A DNA stretch of 64,000 nt from Macrostomum hystrix (taxonomy: Eukaryota > Animalia > Platyhelminthes), in the NCBI GenBank assembly GCA_950097015.1, contig CATNEN010000013.1, positions 558,001 through 622,000 of the forward strand. The letters run 5' to 3'. The position numbers were made by a program, and so were the translations under genes. Shown here in pieces: positions 22,870 to 33,895 of this stretch. Every line of letters starts with the position of its first letter. Position 1 is the stretch's first letter. The notes under the pieces are model-generated. The model was given only the letters and a program-made list of their open reading frames with translations, did not search any database and was not told the DNA's origin.

Positions 22870-25500
22870 TACTGTGTCTCATCTCCCCGGTGTCTCATCT
22901 CCCCCGTGTGTCATCTCCCCCGTGTCTCATCTCCCCCGTGTCTCATCTCCCCCGTGTCTTATCTCCCCCGTGTCTCATCTCCCCCGTGTCTCATCTCCCC
23001 CGTGTCTCATCTCCCCCGTGTCTCATCTCCCCCGTGTCTCATCTCCCCCGTGTCTCATCTCCCCCGTGTCTCATCTCCCCCGTGTCTCATCTCCCCCGTG
23101 TCTCATCTCCCCCGTGTCTCATCTCCCCCGTGACTCATCTCCCCCGTGTCTCATCTCCCCCGTGTCTCATCTCCCCCGTGTCTCATCTCCCCCGTGTCTT
23201 ATCTCCCCCATGTCTCATCTCCCCCGTGTCTCATCTCCCCCGTGTCTCATCTCCCCCGTGTCTCATCTCCCCCGTGTCTCATCTCACCCGTGTCTCATCT
23301 CCCCCGTGTCTCATCTCCCCCGTGTCTCATCTCCCCGTGTCTCATCTCACCCGTGTCTCATCTCCCCCGTGTCTCATCTCCCCCGTGTCTCATCTCCCCC
23401 GTGTCTCATCTCCCCCGTGTCTTATCTCCCCCGTGTCTCATCTCCCCCGTGTCTCATCTCCCCCGTGTCTCATCTCCCCCGTGTCTCATCTCCCCCGTGT
23501 CTCATCTCTCCACTGTCTCATCTCTTCACTGTCTTATCTCTCCCTGTCTCATCTCTCCCCTGTCTCATCTCTCCCGTGTCTCATCTCTCCCTTGTCTTAT
23601 CTCTTCCCCGTCTCATCTCTCTCCTGTCTTATCTCTCCCTGTCTCATCTCTCCACTGTCTCATCTCTCCACTGTCTCATCTCTCCACTGTCTCATCTCTC
23701 CCGTGTCTCATCTCTCCCTTGTCTTATCTCTTCCCCGTCTCATCTCTCTCCTGTCTTATCTCTCCCTGTCTCATCTCTCCACTGTCTCATCTCTCCCTGT
23801 CTCATCTCTCCACTGTCTCATCTCCCCCGTGTCTCATCTCCCCGTGTCTCATCTCACCCGTGTCTCATCTCCCCCGTGTCTCATCTCCCCCGTGTCTCAT
23901 CTCCCCCGTGTCTCATCTCCCCCGTGTCTTATCTCCCCCGTGTCTCATCTCCCCCGTGTCTCATCTCCCCCGTGTCTCATCTCCCCCGTGTCTCATCTCC
24001 CCCGTGTCTCATCTCTCCACTGTCTCATCTCTTCACTGTCTTATCTCTCCCTGTCTCATCTCTCCCCTGTCTCATCTCTCCCGTGTCTCATCTCTCCCTT
24101 GTCTTATCTCTTCCCCGTCTCATCTCTCTCCTGTCTTATCTCTCCCTGTCTCATCTCTCCACTGTCTCATCTCTCCACTGTCTCATCTCTCCACTGTCTC
24201 ATCTCTCCCGTGTCTCATCTCTCCCTTGTCTTATCTCTTCCCCGTCTCATCTCTCTCCTGTCTTATCTCTCCCTGTCTCATCTCTCCACTGTCTCATCTC
24301 TCCACTGTATCATCTCTCCACTGTCTCATCTCTCCCTGTCTCATCTCTCCACTGTCTCATCTCTCCCGTGTCTCATCTCTCCCTTGTCTTATCTCTTCCC
24401 CGTCTCATCTCTCTCCTGTCTTATCTCTCCCTGTCTCATCTCTCCACTGTCTCATCTCTCCACTGTCTCATCTCTCCACTGTCTCATCTCTCCCGTGTCT
24501 CATCTCTCCCTTGTCTTATCTCTTCCCCGTCTCATCTCTCTCCTGTCTTATCTCTCCCTGTCTCATCTCTCCACTGTCTCATCTCTCCCTGTCTCATCTC
24601 TCCACTGTCTCATCTCCCCCGTGTCTCATCTCCCCGTGTCTCATCTCACCCGTGTCTCATCTCCCCCGTGTCTCATCTCCCCCGTGTCTCATCTCCCCCG
24701 TGTCTCATCTCCCCCGTGTCTTATCTCCCCCGTGTCTCATCTCCCCCGTGTCTCATCTCCCCCGTGTCTCATCTCCCCCGTGTCTCATCTCCCCCGTGTC
24801 TCATCTCTCCACTGTCTCATCTCTTCACTGTCTTATCTCTCCCTGTCTCATCTCTCCCCTGTCTCATCTCTCCCGTGTCTCATCTCTCCCTTGTCTTATC
24901 TCTTCCCCGTCTCATCTCTCTCCTGTCTTATCTCTCCCTGTCTCATCTCTCCACTGTCTCATCTCTCCACTGTCTCATCTCTCCACTGTCTCATCTCTCC
25001 CGTGTCTCATCTCTCCCTTGTCTTATCTCTTCCCCGTCTCATCTCTCTCCTGTCTTATCTCTCCCTGTCTCATCTCTCCACTGTCTCATCTCTCCACTGT
25101 ATCATCTCTCCACTGTCTCATCTCTCCCTGTCTCATCTCTCCACTGTCTCATCTCTCCCGTGTCTCATCTCTCCCTTGTCTTATCTCTTCCCCGTCTCAT
25201 CTCTCTCCTGTCTTATCTCTCCCTGTCTCATCTCTCCACTGTCTCATCTCTCCACTGTATCATCTCTCCACTGTCTCATCTCTCCCTGTCTCATCTCTCC
25301 ACTGTCTCATCTCTCCCGTGTCTCATCTCTCCACTGTCTCATCTCTCGACTATCTCATCTCTCCCTGTCTCATCTCTCCTGCGACTCATCTCTGCTGTCT
25401 TATCTCTTCCCTGTCTCATCTCACCCCTGTTTTATCTCTCCCCTTTCTCATCTCTATTCTGTCTTATCTGTCTCATCTCTCCACTGTCTCACTGTTTCTC
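22870..25500. repeat. 16-bp pyrimidine-rich satellite CCCGTGTCTCATCTCC with higher-order blocks
   Basis: Period 16 (22921 to 22937); the diagnostic variant ctccccgtgtctcatctcacccg recurs at 23331, 23838 and 24630. Confidence 0.97.
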
Positions 25501-25706
25501 GTCTCACTTCCCCCCATACTTCTACTGCCTAGCCGACACCCAGTAGTATTTTGGACTCTATGTTCTGTCCGCAAGACATACTAATTATCTGACCCTAAAT
25601 TTAGATTCAGTTCTTTAACAAAGTACACACCAGCTTATTGTGTATGTCCTTGGATAAGGAGATATCTTAGGAATGTAGTGAAGTACATTGACTGCGAGCT
25701 GCATCG

Positions 25707-27173
25707 TCAGACCAAGAGGGCGAGGCCCAGATGTGTAACATCGAATGTCTGGCCGGCGCAGCCGAAGCCGCCGGTGACGAGCAGCAGGTAGCACATGCAG
25801 CCGTCGAAGGTTACGCGCTTGTAGACGCAGACGCTGCTCGGATGGCGCAGCCGCCCGGGCCGTTGAAAGTTCGCGGCGAGTTCCTCGTCCGATCGTAAGT
25901 GCTCCATCAGCAGCACATCCGGTTCGAAATCCCGGCTGCCCAGGTTGACCAGTTGGTGGCCCGTCCTAGCGCTGTACACTTGCACGAGTTCGGCAGCTCG
26001 GTCGCACACGAACAGCAGGCCGCGCGGATCCACGGCCAGGTCGGCGATGTGCCTGAAGCTGGTCCCGTTTTCGACTGGCAGACGAAATGCGCACCTGGCG
26101 TCGACCGCTCGCGGCTGGCAATCGCTTTCTTCATCATCCGCATCGTCGTCTTCGTCCGAGTCGCCCTCCGAGCCGACCTCGGGGATGTCCAGAGCCCAGA
26201 CGTTGCTTCTGCTGGCCAGGAAGATCCGCCGGCCGTAAGGCCAGTGCGCCAGACTGCGCCACGGGCTGCGACTCGACGCGCCTTCGTCCAAGTCGCCGTC
26301 GTCGCCGTCCTCCTCGTCGTCTTCGTTGTGAAATTCTTTGCCACTGTCTGGTGTTTTCGAGTGAGACGCCGTTAGCTGCTCCTTCGTCTTCGACGGCACC
26401 AGCGAGTTCAGACTCCAGCGATGCCGCCAGGCTGGCAGCTGCTGCGCGGGCGAGTCCTCCAGGCCAGTCAGTCGCTTGAACCGCCCGCAGCTCAGAGCGC
26501 AGCCAGTCCTGACTGCGAACAGCAGCCTCCGCTGGCCGAGGCAGAACACTTCGCAGTCGGCCATCAGCTGCACCGCTTCGTGCGGCCTGGACAGCGGAGC
26601 CTGACTGAGCTGCCGCCCCAACTGCACCAGCAGCTGGCCGTCTGCCGACTCCAGGTTGCGACACGCAGCCCGACCCCACCCAGGGAGCTTGTTGACCATC
26701 AGCTGCTGCTGCTGCTGCTGAATTCGGATCCCATAGTCCGGCCGCAACGACCCAAGGCGCGCAACCTGCTGGGATCGGTTGCGCCCGTCAGCGTAAAGAC
26801 AGCAGATGTTGTCCTCAGTCGTCGACGAGCAGCTGCGAACCCACAGCGGACGATAGCGACTGAAGTGCACCTGCACCAGATTGTAGGAAAAGCCGGGCTG
26901 GGTGACGCACAGGTAGTTGAAAGTGCGCCAGTCCAGATCGTCGCCAGCCTGATCAGCCGAGCTGTGGTTAGCATCGTCCAGTTGATCTCCGGCGTGCCTG
27001 CCGTAGGCCTCCTCCAGCGAATTCCTTCGGCCAGGCCGCCTGCCCCCGCTGCAGTCCAGCTCGTCAAAGATGCGCAGCCGCTGTCGCTTATTCTTCTTCT
27101 GCTTCTGTTGCTGCTTCCTATCGCTGGAACTGTCGCCAGCGCAGTTAAAGAGGCTCAGAATTCGACTGGTCAT
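25707..27173 (-). CDS. NHL-repeat (beta-propeller-like) protein with acidic and Q-rich low-complexity segments, about 488 aa from the first ATG
   Basis: Long non-repetitive GC-rich ORF, ATG at 27173, stop at 25707. C-terminal NHL-like motifs IADLAVDPRGLLFVCDRAAELVQVY and GRLRHPSSVCV. A splice acceptor (gtgtcag) at 27201-27200 precedes the ATG. Confidence 0.7.
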   Translation of the reverse strand: MTSRILSLFNCAGDSSSDRKQQQKQKKNKRQRLRIFDELDCSGGRRPGRRNSLEEAYGRHAGDQLDDANHSSADQAGDDLDWRTFNYLCVTQPGFSYNLVQVHFSRYRPLWVRSCSSTTEDNICCLYADGRNRSQQVARLGSLRPDYGIRIQQQQQQLMVNKLPGWGRAACRNLESADGQLLVQLGRQLSQAPLSRPHEAVQLMADCEVFCLGQRRLLFAVRTGCALSCGRFKRLTGLEDSPAQQLPAWRHRWSLNSLVPSKTKEQLTASHSKTPDSGKEFHNEDDEEDGDDGDLDEGASSRSPWRSLAHWPYGRRIFLASRSNVWALDIPEVGSEGDSDEDDDADDEESDCQPRAVDARCAFRLPVENGTSFRHIADLAVDPRGLLFVCDRAAELVQVYSARTGHQLVNLGSRDFEPDVLLMEHLRSDEELAANFQRPGRLRHPSSVCVYKRVTFDGCMCYLLLVTGGFGCAGQTFDVTHLGLALLV

Positions 27174-28069
27174 ATTCCGAATTGGGCTCTGCAGCTTAGC
27201 TGACACAAGGTTCGTGTGCTCACCTGGCCACGAATTTATTGCTATTCAAAATGTGTGCGGCAATTAGTGACGTAACAATTTGGCTCTCTTATTGTGGAAA
27301 GAGAAATAAGTTTTATAGAGGCTTATTGAGTTTTGCTTACATTTTCTTACTCACAGTCAAAACCACGCTGCTATTGTTATAATATTTGTGTAATATACAG
27401 TTGTAAAACCTAATATTAGGTGTAAAACCTAATGCGCAGTTGTTTGGACTGTACGGCTCCAAGACATGTGAGGAATGTGCCACCTCCCTCCCCTTAGATG
27501 AGCATTGGGTTTTCTCAATGTTGGCATGATGTGATTGTAGCATTTTTTTAAACTGCGAACAGCCCATATTATGCATTAGGAAACCTGAGAAAATGTATGG
27601 CTCTAAATGGCAACGTGTAATTCTCTTCACACTGTCGAAACTTCACGTGCGAAACGAATAGACGAAATGTAGTTTTGTAGTAAGTAAATATAGGCTCTTA
27701 ACTTATCGATACTAGCTTATAAATGAGCAGAAACATTTAGTAGCCTATAATATACACCTATTCAGCTGAACTATAGCTGAGGAGAAACTGATAAAAAGAT
27801 TTAGTTTCGGAAACTGTTGGAGAAAGATTGATGTGACATCAGCATGAGAATGAGGTGTGAAGTGCTATTGGTTTTAGTCGAACAGCGAACATCTATGCGA
27901 AAGCAAAATGGCAGTATATTTAAAACTATACAATGATAAATTGAGGTACAATTTTGCCTCTAAAACAAAGAAATGGCTTTTAAAAATGGTTCAGGAGTTA
28001 CTAGATAAAATATATTTTTACAAATGTGAAGCCACTCAACCTTTGTCTGTATGATGTCCCACTCAAGGT

Positions 28070-28765
28070 ATTGCCGGTATTCTTGGAATTCCCGGTATTT
28101 CCGGTGTTGCGGGTATTCTAGGGATTCCCGATTTTTTAGTGTTTCTCGGTATTCTAGGGATTCTCGGTATTCTAAGAATTCTCGGTGTTCTAGGGATTCT
28201 CGGTATTCTAGGGATTCCCGATATTCTAGGGATTCCCAGCTTTCTAGGAACTCCCAGTTTTCTAGGGACTCCCGGTTTTTAGGGATTCTCGATATTCTAG
28301 GGATTCCCGGTTTTCTAGGGATTCCTGAAATTCTAGGGATTCTCGGAATTCTAGCTCTAGGGATTCTCGGTATTCTAGTTCTAGGGATTCTCGGTATTCT
28401 AGGGATTCTCGGTATTCTAGGGATTCTCGGTATTCTAAGAATTCTCGGTGTTCTAGGGATTCTCGGTATTCTAGGGATTCCCGATATTCTAGGTATTCCC
28501 AGCTTTCTAGGAACTCCCAGTTTTCTAGGGACTCCCGGTTTTTAGGGATTCTCGATATTCTAGGGATTCCCGGTTTTCTAGGGATTCTCGGAATTCTAGC
28601 TCTATGGATTCTCGGTATTCTAGTTCTAGGGATTCTCGGTATTCTAGGGATTCTCGGTATTCTAGGGATTCTCGGTATTCTAGGGATTCCCGGTTTTTTG
28701 GGATTCCAGGTTTTCTTGGGATTCCCGATATTCTAGGGATTCCCGATATTTTAGGGATTCCCGGT
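28070..28765. repeat. Imperfect 18-bp repeat ATTCTAGGGATTCTCGGT with an internal block duplication
   Basis: Direct reading; the block gggattcccgatattctagg...ctttctaggaactcccagttttctagggactcccgg occurs near 28211 and 28473. Confidence 0.92.
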
Positions 28766-29257
28766 GCTCCCGAAATTTCTTCGCCTGGTAAGAAAACGAA
28801 ATCAATAAAGGAAGTGGTTCAAAGTTGAAGACTAGTAGCAGGGAGAATATTTGAAATCGAATGCCCTGGTGCAGTGTTTATTCATCCAAAAACAGACGGT
28901 CTTCGAGTCGCTATCATCCCCCACTCGCACTTTGGAGCACTGAATTATTTATCGGGAATTGGCGCCATCGGAAATGGAAGTGCAAAAAAGAATTTTCCAT
29001 CGGCTCAGAGACGGAACGGGGCTCGGGTTTTTTCGGGGGGGGATTAACTCTTTCTGGCCGTTAGTCTTGATCTGCCAAAGCGTCTGGAGGAAGCTGTGAG
29101 ATTTGTTGCTGAGCGAGCATCCTTCAGACTTAGCCACAGAAGCCGACCGATTTCCACAAGCCTTGCTTCTGCACCTCCTAATCCAAAAAGTCTATGCAGC
29201 CAATTTTTTCATGCAATTTTCGTATGCTAAAAGCTTCGCAATCATTAGATTCCCGAA

Positions 29258-30280
29258 ATCCTGGAATTCAACCCGAACTATCTGGTGTTTCCTGGAATTC
29301 AACCCGAACTATCTGGTGTTTCCTGGAATTCAACCCGAACTATCTGGTGTTTCCTGGAATTCAACCCGAACTATCTGGTGTTTCCTGGAATTCAACCCGA
29401 ACTATCTGGTGTTTCCTGGAATTCAACCCGAACTATCTGGTGTTTCCTGGAATTCAACCCGAACTATCTGGTGTTTCCTGGAATTCAACCCGAACTATCT
29501 GGTGTTTCCTGGAATTCAACCCGAACTATCTGGTGTTTCCTGGAATTCAACCCGAACTATCTGGTGTTTCCTGGAATTCAACCCGAACTATCTGGTGTTT
29601 CCTGGAATTCAACCCGAACTATCTGGTGTTTCCTGGAATTCAACCCGAACTATCTGGTGTTTCCTGGAATTCAACCCGAACTATCTGGTGTTTCCTGGAA
29701 TTCAACCCGAACTATCAGGTGTTTCCTGGAATTCAACCCGAACTATCTGGTGTTTCCTGGAATTCAACCCGAACTATCTGGTGTTTCCTGGAATTCAACC
29801 CGAACTATCTGGTGTTTCCTGGAATTCAACCCGAACTATCTGGTGTTTCCTGGAATTAAACCCGAACTATCTGGTGTTTCCTGGAATTCAACCCGAACTA
29901 TCTGGTGTTTCCTGGAATTCAACCCGAACTATCTGGTGTTTCCTGGAATTCAACCCGAAAATCTAGTGTTTCCTGGAATTCTATATAGCTGTCACGAGTT
30001 TCCTGGAATTCTCCACAACTATCTAAAATTTCCTGGAATTGAAATTAAGCCATCCAGAATTTTCTGGAATTCAATCCAAGCTATCCAGAATTTCCTGGAA
30101 TTCAACCCGAACTAGCCAGAATTTCATGGAATTCAATCCAAATTATCTGGTGTTTCCTGGAATTCAGCCCAAACTCTCCGTTGTTTCCTGGAATTCTCCT
30201 TAACCATCCTGGTTTTCCTGGAATTCTCCTTAACTATCTTCTGTACTTCTCCCCAATCGATCCCAGTATTTCCTGGAATC
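29258..30280. repeat. 31-bp minisatellite CCTGGAATTCAACCCGAACTATCTGGTGTTT; homogeneous to about 29960, degenerate beyond
   Basis: Period 31 (29291 to 29322); an EcoRI site in almost every unit. Confidence 0.97.
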
Positions 30281-30712
30281 CACAGCCAAATATATATTGT
30301 TTCGCGAAATTAACCCCCCAAACTTCCAGAGTTTCCTAACAAGGAATTCTTCCAAAATTTGTGAGTTGTATTGCATTCCTTCACCGTAATGGTGTACTGA
30401 TATGTTATGCTATTTATAAATGCTTCGAGTAGTAGTAAAGTTGCAGTGCAGAAGGAAGCGCTATTTGCCAATGTCCCCCGTGGGATTCGTTTCAATCTTC
30501 AGGCCCATCCCTAAAATGGATGATGCATTCCGCCTACGGAGTGGCAGATTTTGTGGATAGACATACTGGAGATGGCGAGCAGATAGTTCAAAAGCTTTAG
30601 TGGCTTTATTTTTCAATGTTATTTTTTTTGCTTAAGTTTATGCTTTCAGTAAATATGCATTATTTGCAAGCTTCGCTAGTAAGTTTTAAGGTTTTTTTAA
30701 GCATCAGCTTAG

Positions 30713-31312
30713 CCATCAGACCAAAGACCATGAAACCCATCAGCCAAACCCTGAAACCCATCAGAAGAACCCTGAAACACATCAGCCAATCCCTGAAACC
30801 GATCAGCCAATCCCTGAAACCCATCAGCCAATCCCTGAAACCCATCAGCCAATCCCTGAAACCCATCAGCCAATCCCTGAAACCCATCAGCCAATCCGTG
30901 AAACCCATCAAAATAACCCTGAAACCCATCAGAAGAACCCTGAAACCCATCAGCCAATCCCTGAAACCCATCAGCCAATCCCTGAAACCCATCAGAAGAA
31001 CCCTGAAACCCATCAGCCAATCCCTGATACCCATCAGCCAATCCCTGAAACCCATCAGCCAATCCCTGAAACCCATCAGCCAATCCCTGAAACCCATCAG
31101 CCAATCCCTGAAACCCATCAGCCAATCCCTGAAACCCATCAGCCAATCCCTGAAACCCATCAGCCAATCCCTGAAACTCATCAGCCAATCCCTGAAACCC
31201 ATCAGAAGAACCCTGAAACCCATCAGCCAATCCAAGAAACCCATCAGCCAATCCCTGAAACCCATCAACCAATCCCTGAAACCCATCAGCCAATCCCTGA
31301 AACCAATCAGCC
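30713..31312. repeat. 21-bp minisatellite CTGAAACCCATCAGCCAATCC, in frame upstream of the GPCR
   Basis: Direct reading; translates as LKPISQS repeats with no stop codon. Confidence 0.95.
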
Positions 31313-31329
31313 AACACAGACAGACGGAG

Positions 31330-32850
31330 ATGCAGACCGGAACAGGCTGGCAGGACGAGCATCAACACGCCGGAGACGACACTCTGCACGAGGCCTTCGA
31401 GCAGGCCGCCATGTTCGCCATTGCCGGGGTCGGCCTACTCGCCAACTGTCTGCTGCTGGTGGCGCTGCTTCTGCGGCCGCGCACCCGGCGGCTTTCGTCG
31501 GCATTTATTGGGCATTCGGCCCTGCTGAACATGGTCATGTCTGCCTACTGCTTGCCGTTCGGCCGGGGCCTAGTCGCCGACGGTGGTGGCGTATCAAGCG
31601 GCGCGTGTAATTCACTCGGCACTAGTTACATTGTGCTCATGACCACGGCCGCCTTTAACCTTGTCGCCATGGCCTGCTGCGAGGTGTACTTTTTTGACAG
31701 TCGTCAAGCGGCTGAGGGGCGTCAGCCGGAGGGCTCGGTCTGTTGCATCATGTTCGGCGTGGTCCTGGTCTACACGGGCAGCGCAATTCTGCACCTCGGC
31801 CCCACCTTGATTGGCGCCAATTTCGAAGCCTCCAACGGCGGTGGCGCCGGTGGCAACTCTGGCGGCTCGTCCAGCGGCAGGAGCGGAGAAAAGTGTCTAT
31901 TTGTCTATGGCCAGGTGAAAAACTATGTTGTCTATACAATGTGGGTACTGATTGTGTCGCTGGCCCTGATGGCGGCTGCCTACTATCTGTTGGTTTTCCA
32001 TCGGACCATCGGTCGTACGATCGGCGCCAAGCTGGCCTTTCACAGAGCTCGCGCCGGCAGCGGCCGGCCGCCTGCGGATCAGCCAGTTGAAAACTTTGCC
32101 AGGCGTCTGGGCCAGCTGGCGTCGGCCAAGTACAACCGGCAGCGAGTCCTGGCAGGCCTGTGGTGCCTTCACCTGATCTGCTGGTACCCGCTGTACGCCC
32201 TGATCCTCATGGATCCGCTGTACCGCGTGACTGTCGAGCTGTACAAGTTCCTGACTATCCTGGGCTTTGCCAGGGCAGCTGTTGAGCCTCTGGCGCTGCT
32301 GGTCTTCGACCGTGACTTTGGCCGCCTGCCGCTTCGTCTCTGCCGATGCTGTCGTTGCCATGGCGACCGTTGTGGCCTCTGTTGGCTTCGGCGGAGAGGC
32401 AATCGTGAGCGCTTGGCTGGAACACCGGCTCCGCTTCTGACTACGTCATCAGCTCTGCCGCCACCACCGCCGCCGCCTCCGCTGCTGCTGGCGCCCTCTC
32501 AGCGGCCACGGCGTCCTCGCAGCGGCGGCGAGGTCGACAAAGTTGTCGTCGTCTTCGGCGATCGTCGTCAGCATCAGCGCTGGGAGGAGGAGGAGAATGG
32601 AGAGGACGAATGCAGCTGCGATCGGCTGCAAACCGACATTCGTGACGTCTGGGCGTCGACGCCTGGCTGCTCAACGTCTCGAGACGCCGGATGGCAGAGG
32701 CAGCGTCGACTCCATCGTCAGACTCCACCGCCCCCTCCGCCGACTTCGCTGCCGCCTCCACCGCAACTACTGATGGTTTCATCGTCTAGAGCAGCCTCAG
32801 CCTCGTCTAGCGGCAGTGTGTCGTACTTTTCTCCGATGTCTATTGTTTAG
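31330..32850 (+). CDS. Orphan class A (rhodopsin-like) 7TM GPCR, SREB/GPR85-like, intronless, about 506 aa
   Basis: Seven hydrophobic segments with class A hallmarks: TM1 GLLANCLL, TM2 SAYCLPF, Cys at the top of TM3 (ACNSLG), ECL2 Cys (EKCLF), TM6 CWYP, TM7 FARAAVEP followed by FDRDF. TM2 and TM7 resemble SREB receptors (recalled). Pro-rich cytoplasmic tail. ATG at 31330 is in frame with the longer 30616 ORF. Confidence 0.8.
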   Translation: MQTGTGWQDEHQHAGDDTLHEAFEQAAMFAIAGVGLLANCLLLVALLLRPRTRRLSSAFIGHSALLNMVMSAYCLPFGRGLVADGGGVSSGACNSLGTSYIVLMTTAAFNLVAMACCEVYFFDSRQAAEGRQPEGSVCCIMFGVVLVYTGSAILHLGPTLIGANFEASNGGGAGGNSGGSSSGRSGEKCLFVYGQVKNYVVYTMWVLIVSLALMAAAYYLLVFHRTIGRTIGAKLAFHRARAGSGRPPADQPVENFARRLGQLASAKYNRQRVLAGLWCLHLICWYPLYALILMDPLYRVTVELYKFLTILGFARAAVEPLALLVFDRDFGRLPLRLCRCCRCHGDRCGLCWLRRRGNRERLAGTPAPLLTTSSALPPPPPPPPLLLAPSQRPRRPRSGGEVDKVVVVFGDRRQHQRWEEEENGEDECSCDRLQTDIRDVWASTPGCSTSRDAGWQRQRRLHRQTPPPPPPTSLPPPPQLLMVSSSRAASASSSGSVSYFSPMSIV

Positions 32851-32924
32851 TTTGCTCGGTGGCTTGTGCTGCCTTTTGCGTGTCAACCTGTGTTATAAAA
32901 CTGCCCAATCCCTACGTTTTCCTC

Positions 32925-33895
32925 CAGGAATCCCCCCTTACCATCCAGATTTTCCCAATCGGGAATTCCCCCTTACCATCCAGATTTTCCCAATCGGGAA
33001 TTCCCCCTTACCATCCAGAGTTTCCCAATCGGGAATTCCCCCTTACCATCCAGAGTTTCCCAATCGGGAATTTCCCATTACCATTCAGAGTTTCCCAATC
33101 GGGAATTCCCCCTTACCATCCAGAGTTTCCCAATCGGGAATTCCCCCTTACCATCCAGAGTTTCCCAATCGGGAATTTCCCATTACCATTCAGAGTTTCC
33201 CAATCGGGAATTCCCCCTTACCATCCAGAGTTTCCCAATCGGGAATTTCCCATTACCATTCAGAGTTTCCCAATCGGGAATTTCCCATTACCATCCAGAG
33301 TTTCCCAATCGGGAATTTCCCATTACCATTCAGAGTTTCCCAATCGGGAATTACTCCTGACCATCCAGAGTATCCAAATCGGGAATTTCCCATTACCATT
33401 CAGAGTTTCCCAATCGGGAATTCCCCCTTACCATCCAGAGTTTCCCAATCGGGAATTTCCCATTACCATTCAGAGTTTCCCAATCGGGAATTTCCCATTA
33501 CCATCCAGAGTTTCCCAATCGGGAATTTCCCATTACCATTCAGAGTTTCCCAATCGGGAATTACCCCTGACCATCCAGAGTATCCAAATCGGGAATTCCC
33601 CCTGAACATCCAGAGTTTCCCAATCGGGAATTACCCCTGACCATCCAGAGTTTCCCAATCGGGAATTCCTCCTGACCATCCAGAGTTTTCCAATCGGGAA
33701 TTTCCCCTTAACATCCAGAGTTTGCCGATCGGGAATTCCGCTTACCTTTCAGTGTTTCGTAATAGTGAATTCCCATTCCCATTCTTAGGTTTCTAACAGG
33801 GAATTCCCAAAAGCTTCTAGAGTTTCCTAATCGGAGATTCCCCTAACTATCCAGAGTTTCCCAATCGGGAATCCCCCTTGTTATCCAGAGTTTCC
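32925..33895. repeat. 35-bp minisatellite CCATCCAGAGTTTCCCAATCGGGAATTCCCCCTTA just downstream of the GPCR stop
   Basis: Period 35 (32941 to 32976). Confidence 0.95.

Noticed and set aside
22821-25584. Three overlapping 800-900 aa ORFs (SHLPRVSSPPCLISPV repeats)
   Set aside because: All three frames are open because the 16-bp unit lacks stop codons; a pure satellite artefact.
28829-29100. ATG-less open frame (CPGAVFIHPKTDGLRVAIIPHSHFG...)
   Set aside because: No start codon, no convincing donor and no recognisable family.
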